From contig NC_043006.1 of NCBI RefSeq assembly GCF_006345805.1, positions 22,258,001 through 22,322,000 on the forward strand: DNA of 64,000 nt, given 5' to 3'. This document shows positions 60,872-64,000 of the stretch, one piece after another; the first letter of the stretch is position 1; each line of letters begins with the position of its first letter. Below the pieces are notes generated by a model. That model was given only the letters and a program-made list of their open reading frames with translations. It was not told where the DNA came from and did not search any database. Made by a program: the position numbers and the translations under genes. The DNA is from Octopus sinensis. Taxonomy: Eukaryota.

Positions 60872-62163
60872 CGAGGGACGTTCAATAAGTAATCCCCCTG
60901 ACCCACTTGCAGTTGTTTGATCTAGCTGAAATTTTGCATGTGCAATTATTTATATCTCCATCGATTAAGCGGAAAATTACAGCTCTGAACTGATTGTGGT
61001 TTCTGATTTACAGGTGTTTGAACTGAGTCAAGTGTGAAATGGAGCCTGTTGAGTGTCGAGCAGTGATCCGGTTTTTGTATTTGAAAGGACGCACACCACG
61101 GGAGACTTTTGATGAAATGAAAGTAACTTATGGTGATGATGTCCCATCATATGACCTTGTAAAACGCTGGCATCGTGAATTCAAACATGGTCGGAACTCT
61201 GTGGAAACAGCTCCCAGATCTGGTCGCCCCCTTCTGCCATTGATGAGGCATCTGTCCGTCAAGTTGAAGCTGCCATTTTGGAAGATCGACGCATAATTAT
61301 TCGCCAAATAGCCCATGAGGTCAAGATTAGTACCGGGTCTGTGGAAACTATCATTCATGACCATTTGCATATGCAAAAGGTGTCTGCCAGATGGATTCCC
61401 AGGTTGCTCACACCTTTCCAGAAGCAAGAACGCGTCAAGTGCTCGAGGGTTAATTTGGAGATGTGCCAAGAAGATGAGTCAAAATTTTTCAAAAGACTGA
61501 TTACACAGGATGAAACCTGGGTCCATCACGATGATCCAGAGACCAAAGCCCAGTCAATGCAGTGGAAGCACCGTGACTTACCTCCTCCAAAGAAGGCAAG
61601 GGTGTAGCTCTCCACTGGCAAGGTCATGCTCACAGTCTTCTGGGACCAGGACGCAGTAGTGATGACAGATTTCCTGGCAAAGGGTACCACAATTACAGGA
61701 GCCTATTATGCTTCACTTTTGAGGAAATTAAGAGAAGCTATCAAAATCAAGAGGCGGGGCAAGATCAGAAAAGGCATCCTCCTCCTGCAGGACAACACTC
61801 CGGTCCACAACTCGCATGTCGCCAGATCAGAAGCACAGGCGTGTGGCTATGAACTTATCCCCCATCCCCCCTACTCTCCTGACCTTGCACCCTCTGATTT
61901 TCACCTCTTCCCAACCATGAAGTTGTTTTTGAAAGGAAAGCATTTTCCAGATGATGCAGCCTTGATTTCTGAAGTCACGTCGTGGTTGGAGGACCAAGCT
62001 GGGGTCTTCTACAAAAATGGTCTCCAGAGCTGCATCAAACGATGGGAGAATTGCGTAACTCTGGGTTGTTCCTTTGTAGAAAAAGACTAATAACTGTGCT
62101 AAATTTCGTTGCTCTACTGCTATGAAAAGTGGGTCAGGGGCATTACTTATTGAACGCCCCTTG
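60872..62163 (+). mobile_element. Full-length (1292 bp) mariner, irritans-like, DD34D
   Basis: TIRs cgagggacgttcaataagtaatccccctgaccc / gggtcaggggcattacttattgaacgccccttg with TA TSD. Confidence 0.95.
61039..62090 (+). pseudogene. Mariner transposase with one frameshift (~61230) and one stop (61605-61607)
   Basis: WIPRLLT, ITQDETWVH, QDNTPVH...YSPDLAPSDFHLF, with 34 residues between the 2nd and 3rd Asp. Confidence 0.92.
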
Positions 62164-62164
62164 T

Positions 62165-62497
62165 AGGATCTTTGTCTTGCAAGTTATTTGGTGACCCTGC
62201 CAGTGCTGGTGCCACATAAAAAACATACAGTCCACATTGTAAAGTGTTTGGTGCTTGTAAGGGCATCCAGTTGTAAAAACCATGCCAAAACTGACCTCAG
62301 CTGTGCTTGTGCCACATAAAAGCATTCAGTCCACTCTGTTGGGTGGTTGATGTTAGGATGGGCTTCCAACTGTAAAAAACCTTGCCAAAACAGACACAGA
62401 AGTCTGCTGCAGTCTTCCACCTGGCCAGCTCCTGTCGACCCAGCCAACCCATGCCAGTATGGAAGGTGGATGTTAAACAACGACGATGATGATGATC
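62165..62497 (+). mobile_element. Diverged RTE-tail element with (GAT)n tail
   Basis: aagggcatccagttgtaaaa...aacccatgccagtatggaag...cgacgatgatgatg. Confidence 0.7.
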
Positions 62498-62539
62498 CAA
62501 GGTGCCAAATGGTGGAGTTGAATTGGTAGATTAAGTCTA

Positions 62540-62915
62540 TCACCCATCATCATCATTATTGTTCGACCGTGGTAGAGACAATGGAATTTACCATGCTACG
62601 CCAGACTTCACGGTCCATCATGGCATTACGGAGATCCTGTTGCTGGATGCCTGTATCCCTGGAGATTACATCAGGGTAGGAGAGTGTGTGCCCTCTGGTA
62701 TTGCGAGTAGATGGCTTCCAGACGAGAAGGGTAGAAATTACCTCGTTTACAGCTCTACAACAATGTCCAGCAAACTGGACTCTCCTACCTTTCACAAGAG
62801 ATGACACAGGTGGTAGTTTCCCATATATTTGCATTTTGGTTGGATGACGCTTCCACAAGAGATTTTGAGCTCTCATAAGGAGTTGAGTGTTCGCCTATCA
62901 CCCAAGTAAACCAAG
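62540..62915 (-). mobile_element. RTE-clade LINE 3' fragment
   Basis: RRVQFAGHCCR..LLVWKP..RG..YPDVI..AMMDREVWRSMV then (TGA)n. Confidence 0.85.
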
Positions 62916-63252
62916 GTGAGATTCAAACTCAAAATGAGAAGAGTTGGAATAAATAATGCAAAGGTATCCAGTCTGATGTTCTTATAGTACCACCAATCCA
63001 CTGTCTTGGATCAGCACTTTTTTTACTGGCACTGAAAGAATGTTTGTTCTGATACTCAACATTCTGAGTTCAAATCCCACTGATATCAATTTTGCTCTAC
63101 ATTCTTACTGATTATCCGGTTTCAGTCACAAGGTATCAAGTTGACTGGAGGTAATAAAATATGACATTTGTCCAAGCTGCAGTACACTGGAATTGAGACT
63201 GTGACCTCATGGTTTAGAGGCAAACTTCTTAGCCATTCGGCCATGCTGCACT

Positions 63253-63720
<468 letters not shown>

Positions 63721-64000
63721 TACAGCACAAGAATATTTAAAACAGCAAAAAGATCAAGTATACAAGAAAAGAAGACAAAAATAAGGATCAAAAGTTGAAA
63801 AATGTCTTTATCTAGGTAAATGACATGTAAGGTATTAGATATATTGTTATATAAATTGATTTCTAAAAAATAAAGAACAAACCAATCATTGCATTTGTGT
63901 TCAATAGATTTAAAATTTGAGTTTTCGGTGTTTATAAGTCAGAAATGGAATATTAAAAGTGTGAAGTGGGAAAACTGTGCTAAAAATCTCTTCATATATG

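Overview
Eukaryotic, repeat-saturated genomic DNA. The SINE, RTE and mariner families look like those of an octopus (coleoid cephalopod); this is my recognition and was not checked against a database. I found no host protein-coding exon I can support, and no rRNA, intact tRNA or CRISPR array. Most long ORFs in the track are by-products of trinucleotide-based micro/minisatellites. Retroelement coding sequence: a 5'-truncated CR1/L2-group LINE (25421-28975, minus; CCCH-finger ORF1, and an APE+RT ORF2 split by two frameshifts), a Penelope-like RT/GIY-YIG fragment, and RTE fragments. DNA transposons: two full-length decayed mariners with TIRs, three mariner fragments, a doubly deleted Tc1, and piggyBac-type and hAT-type MITEs. 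More than 40 SINE copies from at least four families (called SINE-A, SINE-B, OR-like and RTE-tail here). Best leads: (1) three type-I hammerhead-ribozyme-like motifs in small elements beside (TA)n runs; (2) SINE-A forms head-to-tail multimers at one fixed GGTATTT junction, a motif that also begins several of its target-site duplications; (3) the LINE and SINE-B share a 3' end whose terminal stem-loop shows compensatory changes; (4) a hierarchical tandem array built from an RTE 3' UTR; (5) long hairpins and inverted SINE pairs that could form dsRNA.
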